Source: an uncultured Planctomycetaceae bacterium
GTDB taxonomy: Bacteria; Planctomycetota; Planctomycetia; Pirellulales; PALSA-1355
Reading direction: 5' to 3'
Assembly (NCBI GenBank): GCA_964598535.1
Contig: CAZRCI010000016.1
Span: forward strand, 42,032-106,031
Length of the DNA: 64,000 bases
A program made the position numbers and the translations under genes. The notes under the pieces were generated by a model, which saw nothing but the letters and a program-made list of their open reading frames with translations, did not search any database and was not told where the DNA came from. The stretch's first letter is position 1. Each line of letters begins with the position of its first letter. Positions 48,393 through 59,582 of the stretch are shown here, piece after piece.

Positions 48393-50771
48393 ATGCTTAC
48401 CGGCCTGGGAGCCTTGGTGAAGCTGCATAGCCGACTGGTGATTGCGGCCTGGTTGGGGCTGGCGATCGCGCTGCACCTGGTCGCACCGCGGTGGAACGAC
48501 GTCATCCGCGACGGCGACTTGGCCTATTTGCCGGCGTCGATGCCGAGCGTGCGCGGCGTCGAACTTCTGACCGAAGCTTTTCCCGACGAGCGCGGCCGAA
48601 GCGAGATTGCCGTCATCGTCGAGCGTTCCGACGGCCGGCTTACCACGCGCGACCTGCTCTGGTCCGACGCCCTCGCCGAACAATTCCGCGCCGAGGCCGA
48701 ACGGCTGGCGCTGGCCGACGTTTGGAACCGCAATACCGACGTGGTGGGCGACAAGCTCGTCAGCCGGGTGAGCAAGAACGGCCAGGCCGCCGTCACCATG
48801 CTCAAGGTCCAAAACGAGTTTATGGCCACGGCCAACATGGCTCTGCTGGCCGAGGTGGAACGCATCGTCGACGAAGCGCGCGCCGATGCGCCTGCGGGCC
48901 TGAACGTCGGCGTCACCGGTTCGGCGGCGATTGGCGGCGACATGCTGCAAGCCGCGTCCGAAAGCATTCGCAGCACGGAGTGGGCAACGGTGCTGCTGGT
49001 GGTGGTCATCCTGCTGGTCGTATACCGCGCGCCGCTGATGGTGCTGGCGCCGCTTGCGACCATCGGTGTTTCGCTGGTGATCTCGCTCGATGTGTTGGCC
49101 TTGCTAACCCAAGTCGGTCGCTTCGAAGGATTCGAGTGGTGGCGATTCAAGGTATTTGCCACGACCAAAATTTTCATCGTGGTGATCTTGTTCGGCGTGG
49201 GAACGGATTTCTGCCTCTTTCTGATCGCTCGCTACCGCGAGGAACTGGCCCGCGGGCTGGCGCCCAGCGACGCCGTGGCGGAAGCCGTGGCGCGGGTAGG
49301 CGATGCTTTGATTGGCAGCGCGCTCACGACGATCTGCGGCCTGACGATGATGTTCTTCGCCGATTTCGGCAAATTCGCCAGCAGCGGCCCGGCGATTGCC
49401 GTATGCCTGGCAATTTCGCTGGCCGCGTGTTTGAGTTTTACGCCGGCCCTCCTGGTCGAAGGTGGCAGAGCCATTTTCTGGCCGTTTGCGATGCCCTCGG
49501 GCGCGCAGCATGCCATGCGCCCTGGCCCAGGCGAACGCTTCTGGAACTGGGCGGCCAACGCCATTCTCCGGCGGCCGGGGCTATTGCTCGTCGCCACCGT
49601 GCTGTTGCTCGCGCCGTTCGCCTATCGCGGGCTGCGGGTCGACATGACCTACGATTTTCTGGGCGAGCTCTCGGCGTCGCGTCCCAGCGTCTTGGGAACG
49701 AACATCGCCCGGCGGCACTTCACCCCTGGCGAAATGGCGCCGACCACGCTGCTGGTCTACAAGCGCGACGGTGCATTTGATGAGAAGGCGGGTGAACGCG
49801 AAATCGCAAGACTCACGAAGACGCTCTACAACATGCCGGGCATCGAGAGCGTACGCAGCCAGAGCGAGCCCACGGGCGATCCGCCTGGTTATTTTCAACC
49901 GTTTCGCAAAAGCGGACTGAAAAAGCTGGCCGCCCGGGAACATAAGATCACCAGGGCCCGATTCGTCACGCCGGTCGAGTCACTTGCCGGCGGCGTTGCA
50001 CGGTTGGATATCATTTTTGGCGGTGAACCCTTCTCGGCCGCGACCGTCACCCGCTTGAACGAACTCGAAGCCTGGCTCGACGTGCAGCGCAAAAGCGTTG
50101 ATTCGCCGTGGCACGGCGCCGAGTTTGCATTCGTCGGCACAACCGTCGGAGTGCGCGATCTGGAACTCGTCACCGGCAGCGACCAACGCCTGATCCAGCA
50201 ACTGGTGGTGCTGGCGGTGCTGGCCGTATTGCTCGTGTTGCTGCGGCGCCCGCTGGTTTGCGCCTACCTGATCGGCACGGTGCTGTTCAGCTACCTGGTG
50301 ACAATCGGCGCGACGCAGCTCTTTTTCGGCTGGGTGTATGGCGAAACCTATCACGGGCTCGACTGGAAAGTCCCAATCTTCCTGTTCGTCATCCTGATCG
50401 CCGTCGGCCAGGACTATAACATTTACCTGGTCACGCGCGTTTTCGAGGAACAGCGCCGCCACCCTCCCTTGATCGGTTTACGCAAGGCGCTGGCTTCAAC
50501 GGGGGGGATCATCACCAGTTGCGGCGTGATCATGGCCGGCACGTTTTTCTCGATGACGACGGGCACGCTACGAGGCATGGCCGAACTCGGCTTCGCACTC
50601 TCGCTAGGAATCCTGCTCGACACTTGCATCGTCCGCCCGATCTTGGTGCCCACGTTCCTGGCGATTCTGGATCGGCCCCGGTTCAATCCGGGGGCGGCCA
50701 CCCCGCCGACCGACGCGCGCCGCAAGCACGCACTGCCCCACCGCGCCGAAAGGGTGGTGTCGGGCCCGTAG
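48393..50771 (+). CDS. MMPL family (RND superfamily) transporter
   Basis: About 790 aa with two blocks of multiple hydrophobic helices, each preceded by a soluble loop. FGVGTDFCLFLIARYREE and AVGQDYNIYLVTRVFEE are typical MMPL motifs. Start at Met 48393 or 48360. Confidence 0.85.
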   Translation: MLTGLGALVKLHSRLVIAAWLGLAIALHLVAPRWNDVIRDGDLAYLPASMPSVRGVELLTEAFPDERGRSEIAVIVERSDGRLTTRDLLWSDALAEQFRAEAERLALADVWNRNTDVVGDKLVSRVSKNGQAAVTMLKVQNEFMATANMALLAEVERIVDEARADAPAGLNVGVTGSAAIGGDMLQAASESIRSTEWATVLLVVVILLVVYRAPLMVLAPLATIGVSLVISLDVLALLTQVGRFEGFEWWRFKVFATTKIFIVVILFGVGTDFCLFLIARYREELARGLAPSDAVAEAVARVGDALIGSALTTICGLTMMFFADFGKFASSGPAIAVCLAISLAACLSFTPALLVEGGRAIFWPFAMPSGAQHAMRPGPGERFWNWAANAILRRPGLLLVATVLLLAPFAYRGLRVDMTYDFLGELSASRPSVLGTNIARRHFTPGEMAPTTLLVYKRDGAFDEKAGEREIARLTKTLYNMPGIESVRSQSEPTGDPPGYFQPFRKSGLKKLAAREHKITRARFVTPVESLAGGVARLDIIFGGEPFSAATVTRLNELEAWLDVQRKSVDSPWHGAEFAFVGTTVGVRDLELVTGSDQRLIQQLVVLAVLAVLLVLLRRPLVCAYLIGTVLFSYLVTIGATQLFFGWVYGETYHGLDWKVPIFLFVILIAVGQDYNIYLVTRVFEEQRRHPPLIGLRKALASTGGIITSCGVIMAGTFFSMTTGTLRGMAELGFALSLGILLDTCIVRPILVPTFLAILDRPRFNPGAATPPTDARRKHALPHRAERVVSGP

Positions 50772-50939
50772 TGCCCCTCCCCGGGGCGTTCCTGCTTTGC
50801 TGGCAAAGTCTGCTTAACAACTGGGCGTCAGCTCACATCAGCAGCCTTGAAGTAGCGCCAACACAAATAACACAAATCACTTCATTTTATGTACTTACAA
50901 ACACATTGCGAGCTACCGGCGGCAGGCATCCTGCTAGCA

Positions 50940-50955
50940 TGGCATGGCAGTTGCT
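50940..50955 (+). promoter_or_regulatory. Sigma54 (-24/-12) promoter candidate upstream of glnN
   Basis: TGGCAT-GGCAG-TTGCT compared with the consensus TGGCAC-N5-TTGCW (one mismatch). It follows an AT-rich stretch (50850-50930) and lies 88 nt upstream of the preferred glnN start. Confidence 0.5.
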
Positions 50956-51042
50956 CACTGCCTTGATAGTGCGCGTGTGCAGCGTATAGCCAATCCAACC
51001 TCCGAACCTTTTGTTGCACTTTTTTGCCAGGAGTCGAGAACC

Positions 51043-53220
51043 TTGAGTAACGCACGTCAGGACGCGATTGCGGCCGTCACGAACTACAAATCGAATGGGC
51101 AGGCCCTGAATTTCCGTGAGTCTGGGTCGTCCTCGGTCTTCGCGTCGAACGTCTTCGGCGATAAGCAGATGAAGACTCGCTTGCCCAAGCTGGTGTACAA
51201 GGCACTGCAAAAAACCATTCGCCACGGCGAGAAGCTGGACTCCAGCGTCGCGGATGCCGTGGCCGCCGCTCTGAAAGAATGGGCGATCGAAAAGGGCGCC
51301 ACGCATTACGCCCACGTTTTCTATCCGCTGACCGGCCTGACTGCCGAAAAGCACGACAGCTTCCTGTCGCCCACGGAGGACGGCTCGGCCATCGCCGAGT
51401 TCAGCGGCAAGGAACTGATCCAAGGCGAGCCCGACGCCTCGAGCTTCCCTTCGGGCGGCATTCGCGCCACATTTGAAGCCCGCGGCTATACGGCTTGGGA
51501 TCCGACCAGCTCGGCCTACATTCTGGAAAACCCCAACGGTACGACCCTTTGCATTCCCACGGCGTTTATCTCCTGGACCGGCGAAGCGCTGGACAAGAAG
51601 ACTCCGGTGCTCCGCTCGATGCAGGCCCTGAACAAGCAGGCCCAACGCATCTTGAAACTGTTTGGCCACGAAAATATCGGCCCGATCACCGCCAGCGCCG
51701 GTCCCGAGCAGGAATACTTCCTGATCGACCGCAACTTCTACTTTGCCCGGCCCGACCTGGTGACCTGCGGCCGCACGCTGTACGGCGCTCGGCCCCCCAA
51801 GGGACAAGAATTCGAAGACCACTACTTCGGAGCGATTCCGGAGCGCGTGCTGGCTTGCATGCTCGAAACCGAGCGCGAGCTGTACAAGCTCGGCGTGCCG
51901 GTAAAGACGCGCCACAACGAGGTCGCTCCGGCCCAGTACGAAGTGGCGCCTGTCTATGAGAACGCGAACGTCGCGACAGACCACCAGCAGCTTATCATGC
52001 TCACGCTGCAACGCGTGGCCCAGAAGTACGGCATGGCCTGCCTGCTACATGAAAAGCCCTTCGCCGGGATCAACGGCTCGGGCAAGCACGTCAACTGGTC
52101 GATGGGCGGTTCGGTCGGCAACTTGCTCGAACCGGGCGACGATCCCCACGAGAACGCCCAGTTCCTGGTGTTCTGCGCCGCGGTGATTCGCGCCGTCCAC
52201 CTGCACAGCGACCTGCTGCGAATGACGGTCGCCCACAGCGGCAACGATCATCGCCTGGGCGCCAACGAGGCTCCGCCGGCGATCATTTCGATTTTCCTCG
52301 GCGATCAGTTGTATGACATCTTCGAGCAAATCGAAAAGGGCAGCCTGACGGGTTCCAAGTCCGCGGGCACGATGACGATCGGCGTCGATACCCTGCCGCC
52401 GCTGCCCAAGCACGCGGGCGACCGCAATCGCACCAGCCCGTTCGCCTTCACGGGCAACAAATTCGAATTCCGCGCGGTAGGCTCCAGCCAATCGATCGCC
52501 GGTCCGCTGGTAGTGCTCAACACGATCGTCGCCGAAAGTCTGGACTACGTGGCGACAGCCCTCGAGAAAGAAACCGGGGGCGATCCTGCAAAGCTCAACG
52601 TGGCGGTCCAGAAGGTCGTGCAGTCAATCATCAAAGAGCACAAGGCGGTGCTCTTCAATGGCGACGGCTATAGCGAGGAATGGCACAAAGAAGCCGAGAA
52701 ACGCGGCTTGCCGAACCTGAAGACAACCGTCGACGCCGTGCCGGCCCTGATTTCGCCGACGAACATCGAGATGTTCGAAAAGTACGGCGTCCTCAGCCCG
52801 CGAGAGGTCCACAGCCGTTACGAGATCTACATGGAGCGGTACTGCAAGGACATCAACACGGAAAGCCATGCGGCTCTGAACATCGCCAAGACGATGCTCC
52901 TGCCCGCGGCGTATCGCTACCAGGGCGAGCTGGCCGCCACGGCCGTGTCGCTCAAGGCGGTGCTGGGCGGAAACGCCGATGTCGGCACGCTCAAAACGGT
53001 AACCGATCTGGTAAGTCAGCTCGAAAAGAACATCGCCACGCTGGAAGAAACCATGAACCACCACGGCGGCGGCGACGTCGCGGCCGAGGCTCAGCACTTC
53101 CAGTCCAAGGTTCTGCCGGCAATGAACGACGTGCGGACCGTGGCCGACAAGCTCGAGAGCGTCGTGGCCGATGACCTTTGGCCGCTGCCCACCTATCGCG
53201 AGATGCTATTCATCAAGTAG
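51043..53220 (+). CDS. glnN: Glutamine synthetase type III
   Basis: About 725 aa. [23 protein letters not shown] ... [21 protein letters not shown] ... [14 protein letters not shown] at 51043 after AGGAG aligns best with remembered GSIII N-termini. The track start at 50944 would overlap the sigma54 element. Confidence 0.85.
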   Translation: MSNARQDAIAAVTNYKSNGQALNFRESGSSSVFASNVFGDKQMKTRLPKLVYKALQKTIRHGEKLDSSVADAVAAALKEWAIEKGATHYAHVFYPLTGLTAEKHDSFLSPTEDGSAIAEFSGKELIQGEPDASSFPSGGIRATFEARGYTAWDPTSSAYILENPNGTTLCIPTAFISWTGEALDKKTPVLRSMQALNKQAQRILKLFGHENIGPITASAGPEQEYFLIDRNFYFARPDLVTCGRTLYGARPPKGQEFEDHYFGAIPERVLACMLETERELYKLGVPVKTRHNEVAPAQYEVAPVYENANVATDHQQLIMLTLQRVAQKYGMACLLHEKPFAGINGSGKHVNWSMGGSVGNLLEPGDDPHENAQFLVFCAAVIRAVHLHSDLLRMTVAHSGNDHRLGANEAPPAIISIFLGDQLYDIFEQIEKGSLTGSKSAGTMTIGVDTLPPLPKHAGDRNRTSPFAFTGNKFEFRAVGSSQSIAGPLVVLNTIVAESLDYVATALEKETGGDPAKLNVAVQKVVQSIIKEHKAVLFNGDGYSEEWHKEAEKRGLPNLKTTVDAVPALISPTNIEMFEKYGVLSPREVHSRYEIYMERYCKDINTESHAALNIAKTMLLPAAYRYQGELAATAVSLKAVLGGNADVGTLKTVTDLVSQLEKNIATLEETMNHHGGGDVAAEAQHFQSKVLPAMNDVRTVADKLESVVADDLWPLPTYREMLFIK

Positions 53221-53264
53221 ATGAAGCCGTTCATGCGACAGGGGCTCATCCCTATTTAGCCTCG

Positions 53265-53309
53265 AACACCCCGCGCTGCTACCAAGGTGGCGCGGGGTGT
53301 TTCTATTTT
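53265..53309 (+). terminator. Rho-independent terminator after glnN
   Basis: 12-bp stem aacaccccgcgc / gcgcggggtgtt with a 13-nt loop, then TCTATTTT. Confidence 0.7.
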
Positions 53310-53478
53310 CCCTTCGCGACCATCACGGAGGTACCTGTCCGACGCGCGCAAGATTTCGTGCCCGTTGCATCGCCCTGGCGATGCCGTATGATGACGGCGG
53401 AATTAGAAGTCCACGGCGTGCCAGACCCATCACGACCGCATATACATGAATGCTGCACATACAGAGGGGAACTGAGCG

Positions 53479-54891
53479 ATGAAACCGAGAGAAGTCCTGG
53501 CGCTATGTCGCGAAAAGGATGTCAAAGCGGTGGATCTCCGGTTCATGGACTTCCCCGGCCTCTGGCAGCACTTCACGATTCCGGTTTCCAAGCTCGAAGA
53601 AGAAGTGTTCGAAAACGGCCTGGGCTTCGATGGCTCGAGCATTCGCGGCTGGCAGGCGATCAACGAGAGCGACATGCTCGTGGTCCCGCAGCCCGAGACC
53701 GCATTCGTCGACCCCTTCACCGAGTTGCCGACGCTGGTGATGATCTGCAACATCCAGGATCCGATCACACGCGAGGACTACACGCGCGATCCACGCAATG
53801 TCGCCCGCAAGGCAGTGAATTATCTGAAAAGCACCGGCATCGCCGACACTTGCTACATCGGTCCCGAGGCCGAGTTCTTCATTTTCGACGACGTGCGATT
53901 CGATGCACGCTCGAACGAGGCCTTTTATCATCTCGACAGCATCGAGGGAGAGTGGAATCGCGGCCGCGTCGAGAACCCGAACCTGGGATACAAGCTCCGC
54001 TACAAGGAAGGCTATTTCCCGGTGCCGCCCTCGGACCAGATGATGAACCTGCGCAACGAAATGATGCAAACCATGATCGATTGCGGTCTGGACGTCGAAG
54101 CGCAGCATCACGAGGTGGCAACCGGCGGTCAGAGCGAGATCGACCTGCGGTTCAACGACCTGGTGAAAATCGCCGATCAGATGATGATCTACAAGTACAT
54201 CATCAAGAACGTGGCCGCGCGACACAACAAAACCGTGACGTTCATGCCCAAGCCGCTCTATGCCGATAACGGCTCGGGCATGCACACCCACGTCTCGCTC
54301 TGGAAGGGCGGCAATCCCCTCTTTGCCGGCAGCGGCTACGCGGGCTTGAGCGAGATGGCGATGCACGCGATCGGCGGATTACTTAAGCACGCGCCCGCGA
54401 TCCTGGCTTTCAGCAACCCGACCACCAACAGCTATAAACGCCTGGTTCCGGGTTACGAAGCGCCGGTCAATCTGGCCTACTCGCAACGAAATCGGTCGGC
54501 AAGCTGCCGGATTCCGATGTACAGCCCCAGCCCCAAGGCGAAACGCGTCGAGTTTCGCTGCCCCGATCCGAGTTGCAATCCATACCTGGCCTTCTCGGCA
54601 ATCCTGATGGCCGTGATCGACGGAATCCAGAACAAGATTCACCCCGGCGATCCGCTCGACAAGGACATCTACGACCTCGCACCCGAGGAATTGGCCGAAG
54701 TGCCCAAGACGCCCGAATCGCTGGAAGCGGCCCTCGCGGCGCTGCGGAAAGATCACGAATTCCTGCTCCGCGGCGACGTGTTCACGCCCGACGTGATCGA
54801 CACTTGGATCTGGTACAAAACGGAGAAGGAAGTCGACGCTCTTCGCCTGCGTCCACATCCCTATGAATTCTGCATGTACTACGACATTTAG
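53479..54891 (+). CDS. glnA: Glutamine synthetase type I
   Basis: 470 aa. [46 protein letters not shown] and [13 protein letters not shown]. Confidence 0.92.
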   Translation: MKPREVLALCREKDVKAVDLRFMDFPGLWQHFTIPVSKLEEEVFENGLGFDGSSIRGWQAINESDMLVVPQPETAFVDPFTELPTLVMICNIQDPITREDYTRDPRNVARKAVNYLKSTGIADTCYIGPEAEFFIFDDVRFDARSNEAFYHLDSIEGEWNRGRVENPNLGYKLRYKEGYFPVPPSDQMMNLRNEMMQTMIDCGLDVEAQHHEVATGGQSEIDLRFNDLVKIADQMMIYKYIIKNVAARHNKTVTFMPKPLYADNGSGMHTHVSLWKGGNPLFAGSGYAGLSEMAMHAIGGLLKHAPAILAFSNPTTNSYKRLVPGYEAPVNLAYSQRNRSASCRIPMYSPSPKAKRVEFRCPDPSCNPYLAFSAILMAVIDGIQNKIHPGDPLDKDIYDLAPEELAEVPKTPESLEAALAALRKDHEFLLRGDVFTPDVIDTWIWYKTEKEVDALRLRPHPYEFCMYYDI

Positions 54892-55029
54892 AAAGCACCT
54901 CGCAAAACGCAGCGAGGCTGCTCCGCAAGAGACGAGCCCAACTGCATCGCGACCGCGCCGTTTGGCGGATCACCAGCTTCATCCCTCCGCTTATCCAATC
55001 CAGAACCCCTCGCAACGGTATTCCCCTAT

Positions 55030-55758
55030 ATGTCCCTCTCTTCCGAAACGCTCCGCAAGCTGGGTCAATTCGACACGCCGACGATTTGCAACGTGATCGA
55101 GCTGTTTGAAGTGCGCTCACGAACGGCAGGCTACATGAACGCGTCGATCAAGGCGAACTTCCCAGAGATGCCGCCCATGGTCGGCTTTGCATGCACGGCC
55201 GCGTTTCGCAGCAGCGCGCCGCCGGCCAAAGGAGACGCCTACGGATCGCTGGAGCAGCAGGTCGAACAATTCGCCTCTCTGGGCGGACCCGCGGTCGTCG
55301 TGTTTCAAGATATCGATGATCCACCGGTAGCGGCTACGTTCGGCGAAGTCATGTGCTCCACCTACAAAGGCTTCGGCTCCGTGGGTCTGATCACCTCGGG
55401 CGGCGGTCGCGACCTCCTGCAAGTGCAGGCACTCGGCTACCCCGTCTTCACCGGCTCCACGATCTGCTCGCACGGCTATTGCCACATCCTGCACGTCGGC
55501 ATGCCAGTCCACGTCGGTGGCCTGCCGGTCTCGACGGGCGACTTGCTGCATGGCGATGCCAACGGCGTGACGAATATCCCGTTGGAGATCGCGGCCGATA
55601 TCGCCGACGTCACGCAGGAGTTCGTCGATGCCGAAAAAATCGTACTCGACTACGTAAACGGCGCCGGGCCCAAAACCCCCGCCGGACTGGCCTCGGCACG
55701 CAAGGAATACAGCGCCGTGGTAGCCAAGCTTACCGACCGCGTGCGCCAGAAAAAGTAA
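55030..55758 (+). CDS. RraA family protein (RraA / HMG-CHA aldolase-like)
   Basis: FDTPTICNVIE ... VVVFQDIDDPPVAATFGEVM ... GLITSGGGRD is the pattern of the RraA fold. Confidence 0.75.
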   Translation: MSLSSETLRKLGQFDTPTICNVIELFEVRSRTAGYMNASIKANFPEMPPMVGFACTAAFRSSAPPAKGDAYGSLEQQVEQFASLGGPAVVVFQDIDDPPVAATFGEVMCSTYKGFGSVGLITSGGGRDLLQVQALGYPVFTGSTICSHGYCHILHVGMPVHVGGLPVSTGDLLHGDANGVTNIPLEIAADIADVTQEFVDAEKIVLDYVNGAGPKTPAGLASARKEYSAVVAKLTDRVRQKK

Positions 55759-55790
55759 ACAAAGCCCTGCGCAGGATGAGCGACCGCCGG

Positions 55791-56099
55791 CTACTTCTTG
55801 ACCGCGTGGCCAAGCTGCTTCTCGACGCTTGCCACCTTGGCCGCGAGCGAACCGGTATGCCCTTTGCGAACATCGATCTTGGCCGTGACAGAAACACGGT
55901 CGCAGTCGGCCATCAGGGTGTCGATCGCCTGCCGGAGAATGCCCAGCAGCGCGTCAACATCGCCTTCGACGACGGTTCCCATCGCGTGTAGCTGATAGTC
56001 GAGTCCGCTTTTCTCAACCACCTCGACGGCCTTGGCGACGTATTGGCTAACGCTTTCTCCTGCCCCCAGCGGCGTAATGCTAAACTCCAGCAGCGCCAT
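55791..56099 (-). CDS. MTH1187/YkoF family (thiamine-binding-like) small protein
   Basis: Met at 56099 after AGGAGG gives MALLEFSITPLGAGESVSQYVAKAVEVVEKSGLDYQLHAMGTVVEGD. Confidence 0.8.
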   Translation of the reverse strand: MALLEFSITPLGAGESVSQYVAKAVEVVEKSGLDYQLHAMGTVVEGDVDALLGILRQAIDTLMADCDRVSVTAKIDVRKGHTGSLAAKVASVEKQLGHAVKK

Positions 56100-56180
56100 C
56101 GCGGCCTCCTCCTTTAACGGTGCCAGGCATCTCGTGATTTTATCACACGTCACGCGTTCGTTCAGAACGTGGCGCGGCGG

Positions 56181-57089
56181 CTATTCGATGTCCTTTTGCA
56201 TCTTGAGCCAACTGACCATGCACTTGGTTACCTTCTCGGCCGCGTCTTGCTGCACGAAGTGACCAGCCTCGGGAATCGTGACCAGCGTCAGATCCTGTTC
56301 GAGCCAGTTCCAAGTGTCGTTCAACGCGCCAGGCAGCAGGGCCTCATCCTTCAGACCGTGAAACATCAGCACCGAGCACTTCACCGGCGGATATTTCTGG
56401 TCCTCGGAATATTCATAGGGCTCTTTCGGATAGTTCGCCTTGTAGTAGTTCAACATCCCTTCCACGCTCGAACGCTTGAACGCTTCGAGATACTTCTTTT
56501 TGGCCTCGGCGTCCTTAACCCAGAATGTCAGGAATGCCGGCTGTACCTTCGACGCCGCGTCGGGCTGCTGGAAGTTTCGAGCATACTGCGAATTCTGCTG
56601 CTGCTTGGGATTGTTCGCCAGCTCGCGGGCGAGTCCCTTGGGATGCGGAAGATTGAGAATGATCAACTTGTCGGTCGTGTCCGGATGGGCCATCGCGTAC
56701 GACCAGGCCACGATGCCTCCCCAATCGTGGCCGACAATGATCGCCTTCTCAGCGCCAAAGTGTTTGACGACCGCGTCAATATCGGCCACGAGCTTCGGCA
56801 TCGCATAGTTCTCGACGCCCTCAGGCTTGTCGCTCAGGTTGTAGCCGCGCTGATCGATGGCGACGACCTGAAAGTGCTTTGCCAACTCGGGCATTTGCGC
56901 GCGCCAGGAGTACCAGAAATCGGGAAATCCGTGAATCAAAACCACGAGCGGGCCTTTGCCGGCGGTGACGTAGTGAATCTTGACGCCGTCGGAATCGACA
57001 TAGCCCTCTTCGCCAAGTTCCTCGGCCGCGCGGGCGCTCACCGAGCATGCCAGCAAAACGAACGCGGAGATCGCTAGTAACTTCAACAT
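56181..57089 (-). CDS. Exported alpha/beta hydrolase (epoxide hydrolase/haloalkane dehalogenase-like)
   Basis: Met at 57089 gives the signal peptide [32 protein letters not shown] and the nucleophile elbow VGHDWGG. Confidence 0.85.
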   Translation of the reverse strand: MLKLLAISAFVLLACSVSARAAEELGEEGYVDSDGVKIHYVTAGKGPLVVLIHGFPDFWYSWRAQMPELAKHFQVVAIDQRGYNLSDKPEGVENYAMPKLVADIDAVVKHFGAEKAIIVGHDWGGIVAWSYAMAHPDTTDKLIILNLPHPKGLARELANNPKQQQNSQYARNFQQPDAASKVQPAFLTFWVKDAEAKKKYLEAFKRSSVEGMLNYYKANYPKEPYEYSEDQKYPPVKCSVLMFHGLKDEALLPGALNDTWNWLEQDLTLVTIPEAGHFVQQDAAEKVTKCMVSWLKMQKDIE

Positions 57090-57350
57090 CGAAAAGTGCT
57101 CCCGGCAGATAGCTGTGTGGGCGTGATGGTCTCCAGGCAAGTGGTCATGCAAGCGTCAGGCTATCCGCTCGCGCGAAGCGTGGCAAGTTACAGAAGCCAC
57201 GCTGACCCAAAAGTTTTGGCCGGCCGCGTGTTATGGCAATCTCATCTTTCCCTGCGGGACGATCTTGGTTAAGTACGCAACGCCGCGGTGGCAACTGCGT
57301 TATCAAAAAAACCGCGCGACAATGCAGGCAACCACCTGCAAGCTAAGGCC

Positions 57351-58601
57351 ATGCAGACAATCACCACACTTGCCGAATTGGATGAGAAAATCGCGGAGTG
57401 CGACCGCGCCGCCAAGACCTCGGATCGAGCGTTGCGCGACGTCTTTGCCAGCTTCCAAATGTCCGTAACCGAGCCGCTTCCCTCGGACCCGCTCGGGCGG
57501 GAGTATGCCGCTGCCCAATTTGAGCTCTATCGCAAACTGGCGGGCAAGCCCTATCGCGTGGAGAACGAAACGACCCCGTTCGACATCGACGAGGCCACGC
57601 GATGCCCTTTTCCATACTCGACGAATGATCCCCGCACGACGGCTGATCAGTTCACGGCGATCGGCGCCCTGCTGCGAAGGCTCGACCTGCCGCCAGGTGG
57701 CCGCATCATCGAATTCGGCCCGGGCTGGGGAAACACCACCATCGCGTTAGCGCTACTGGGATTCCAAGTCACGGCCGTGGACATCGAACCACGATTTTGC
57801 CAACTGCTCCAAAGACGGGCAGCCCTGCATGGTGTGCGCATCGACGTGGTGAACGCCGACTTCCTGTGGATCGAGTCGGCACGTCGACAGTTCGACGCCG
57901 CTATCTTCTTCGAATGCTTTCATCATGCCGCCAACCATCGCCGACTATTGAGGGCACTGCACGGAGCGATTGCTCCGGCCGGCAAGGTACTCTTTGGCGC
58001 GGAACCCATCTGCCCCGAATTTCCCATCCCCTGGGGATTGCGTCTCGATGGCCAATCGCTGTGGTCGATTCGCAAGCACGGTTGGCTCGAACTGGGTTTC
58101 AACGAGTCGTACTTTGTCGATGTGCTGGCCAACGAGGGTTGGCTAGCGACCAAGCACGCCTCGAGCGAATCTCGCATGGCCGAGGTCTGGGAAGCCTCCA
58201 AGGCCGAGACCATGCCGCTAAGCTTTCCAGCCACGGACCAGCGCATCGTCGTGCCTTCGAACATGCGCAGCAACCACGGTATCCAACTTCAAGAACTGGC
58301 TGACGATTGGGCCTTTTTCGGACCGTATGCGACATTGCCTGCGGGTCATTGGCTGGCTCGAATTCATTTCCAACCAACCGCCAAGCCATGCGGTACAGCG
58401 ACCGTCGATGTTTGCACCGACCAAGGCCAGCGGATCTTCAATTCGCGCGAGATCGATATCTCGACGCTCAAGCCAAGCCAAAGCGTGCTCCAACTCGACT
58501 TTCACCTGCCCCAGGTAACCAATCTCGTCGAGACGCGCATGTTCTGCCACACCCCGTGCACCATCGGGGTCGACGCGATCGAGTTCGTGTATCAGGCCTG
58601 A
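57351..58601 (+). CDS. Class I SAM-dependent methyltransferase with extra C-terminal domain
   Basis: Met at 57351. SAM motif IIEFGPGWGNTTIAL. About 130 residues of unassigned, beta-rich-looking C-terminal sequence. Confidence 0.7.
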   Translation: MQTITTLAELDEKIAECDRAAKTSDRALRDVFASFQMSVTEPLPSDPLGREYAAAQFELYRKLAGKPYRVENETTPFDIDEATRCPFPYSTNDPRTTADQFTAIGALLRRLDLPPGGRIIEFGPGWGNTTIALALLGFQVTAVDIEPRFCQLLQRRAALHGVRIDVVNADFLWIESARRQFDAAIFFECFHHAANHRRLLRALHGAIAPAGKVLFGAEPICPEFPIPWGLRLDGQSLWSIRKHGWLELGFNESYFVDVLANEGWLATKHASSESRMAEVWEASKAETMPLSFPATDQRIVVPSNMRSNHGIQLQELADDWAFFGPYATLPAGHWLARIHFQPTAKPCGTATVDVCTDQGQRIFNSREIDISTLKPSQSVLQLDFHLPQVTNLVETRMFCHTPCTIGVDAIEFVYQA

Positions 58602-58710
58602 CCGTGCAGTTGCCCGCCCGCTTGTCCGCCACGCGCGAACCGGGTATGAAGATCGAACCACAACGCGCAGAATGCCTGCCGCTGGTAACTTTCCGGCCAT
58701 CCAACCGCCC

Positions 58711-59406
58711 ATGCCCAAGCTGCTTCACGATCACCGCGTTTTCTGGCGACAATTTCGCGAAAACTATCACTCGACCGGGGCCATCGCTCCCAGTAGCCGC
58801 TTCCTGAGCAAAGCCTTGGCTCGCTATGTCGGCGTCACGCCCGGCAAGCCGCAGCGCGTGCTCGAAGTCGGGCCCGGAACCGGCGCCGTGACCAAACACC
58901 TGGTTCGCAAGCTGGGACCGGCAGATCGGTTCGACCTGGTCGAACTGAACCAGCAATTCGTTCGCCGGCTGGGCGAACGGTTCACGCATGACCCCCCGTT
59001 TCAGCGGGTCGCCGGCCGGTCACAGATCCTGCACAGCCGGCTCGAAGATCTGCCCGGGCGGCACGAGTACGATGTCATCGTCTCCGGCCTGCCGCTGAAC
59101 AATTTCGCCGTCGCGGATGTCGAGCAGATCCTGGGAACGCTGGTTGGCCTCCTAAAACCTGGCGGCATGCTCTCGTTCTTTCAATACGTGGCGATTCGCA
59201 AGGCGCGGGCCCTGGTGAGCAATCGGCACGAGCGCCAGCGACTGAAGGGGATCGCCCAGGCGCTAGACACCCTGCTCGGCCCTCACGAGGAACGGCGAGA
59301 TTGCGTATGGCGGAACCTGCCGCCGGCCTGGGTCCACCACGTGCGCATGCCATGTGCGGCGGGCAGTCCCTCGGATCGCCAAAACGGCGTGACGAACTCC
59401 GGCTGA
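58711..59406 (+). CDS. Class I SAM-dependent methyltransferase
   Basis: Met at 58711 (MPKLLHDHRVFWRQF). STGAIAPSSRFL and VLEVGPGTGAVTKHL. Confidence 0.75.
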   Translation: MPKLLHDHRVFWRQFRENYHSTGAIAPSSRFLSKALARYVGVTPGKPQRVLEVGPGTGAVTKHLVRKLGPADRFDLVELNQQFVRRLGERFTHDPPFQRVAGRSQILHSRLEDLPGRHEYDVIVSGLPLNNFAVADVEQILGTLVGLLKPGGMLSFFQYVAIRKARALVSNRHERQRLKGIAQALDTLLGPHEERRDCVWRNLPPAWVHHVRMPCAAGSPSDRQNGVTNSG

Positions 59407-59582
59407 AACGCAAACGCCTCTGCGTTTATCGAACAATTCGCACGCCTATGAAGCGTTGTTGCCGGGTACGTAAGGGGTACCTATACTAGAAGTTAGGTAA
59501 GTCGCGTCGCCCCGGAAGGCCACGAGCGCGCGAGCCCGGTCGTCCCGCCCTCAATCTCTCAACCCCCTCGGAGGCCTCCACG

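Noticed and set aside
50887-52011. 374-aa minus-strand ORF, plus the alternate-frame ORFs 48491..49780 and 53178..54269
   Set aside because: These are antisense or out-of-frame overlaps of glnN, the MMPL transporter and glnA respectively. They are Arg-rich shadow reading frames.
53310-53478. Search for a second sigma54 -24/-12 element upstream of glnA
   Set aside because: There is no GG-N10-GC arrangement with the right flanks. Only a moderate sigma70-like TTGCAT-N16-TATGAT (53365-53392) is present.
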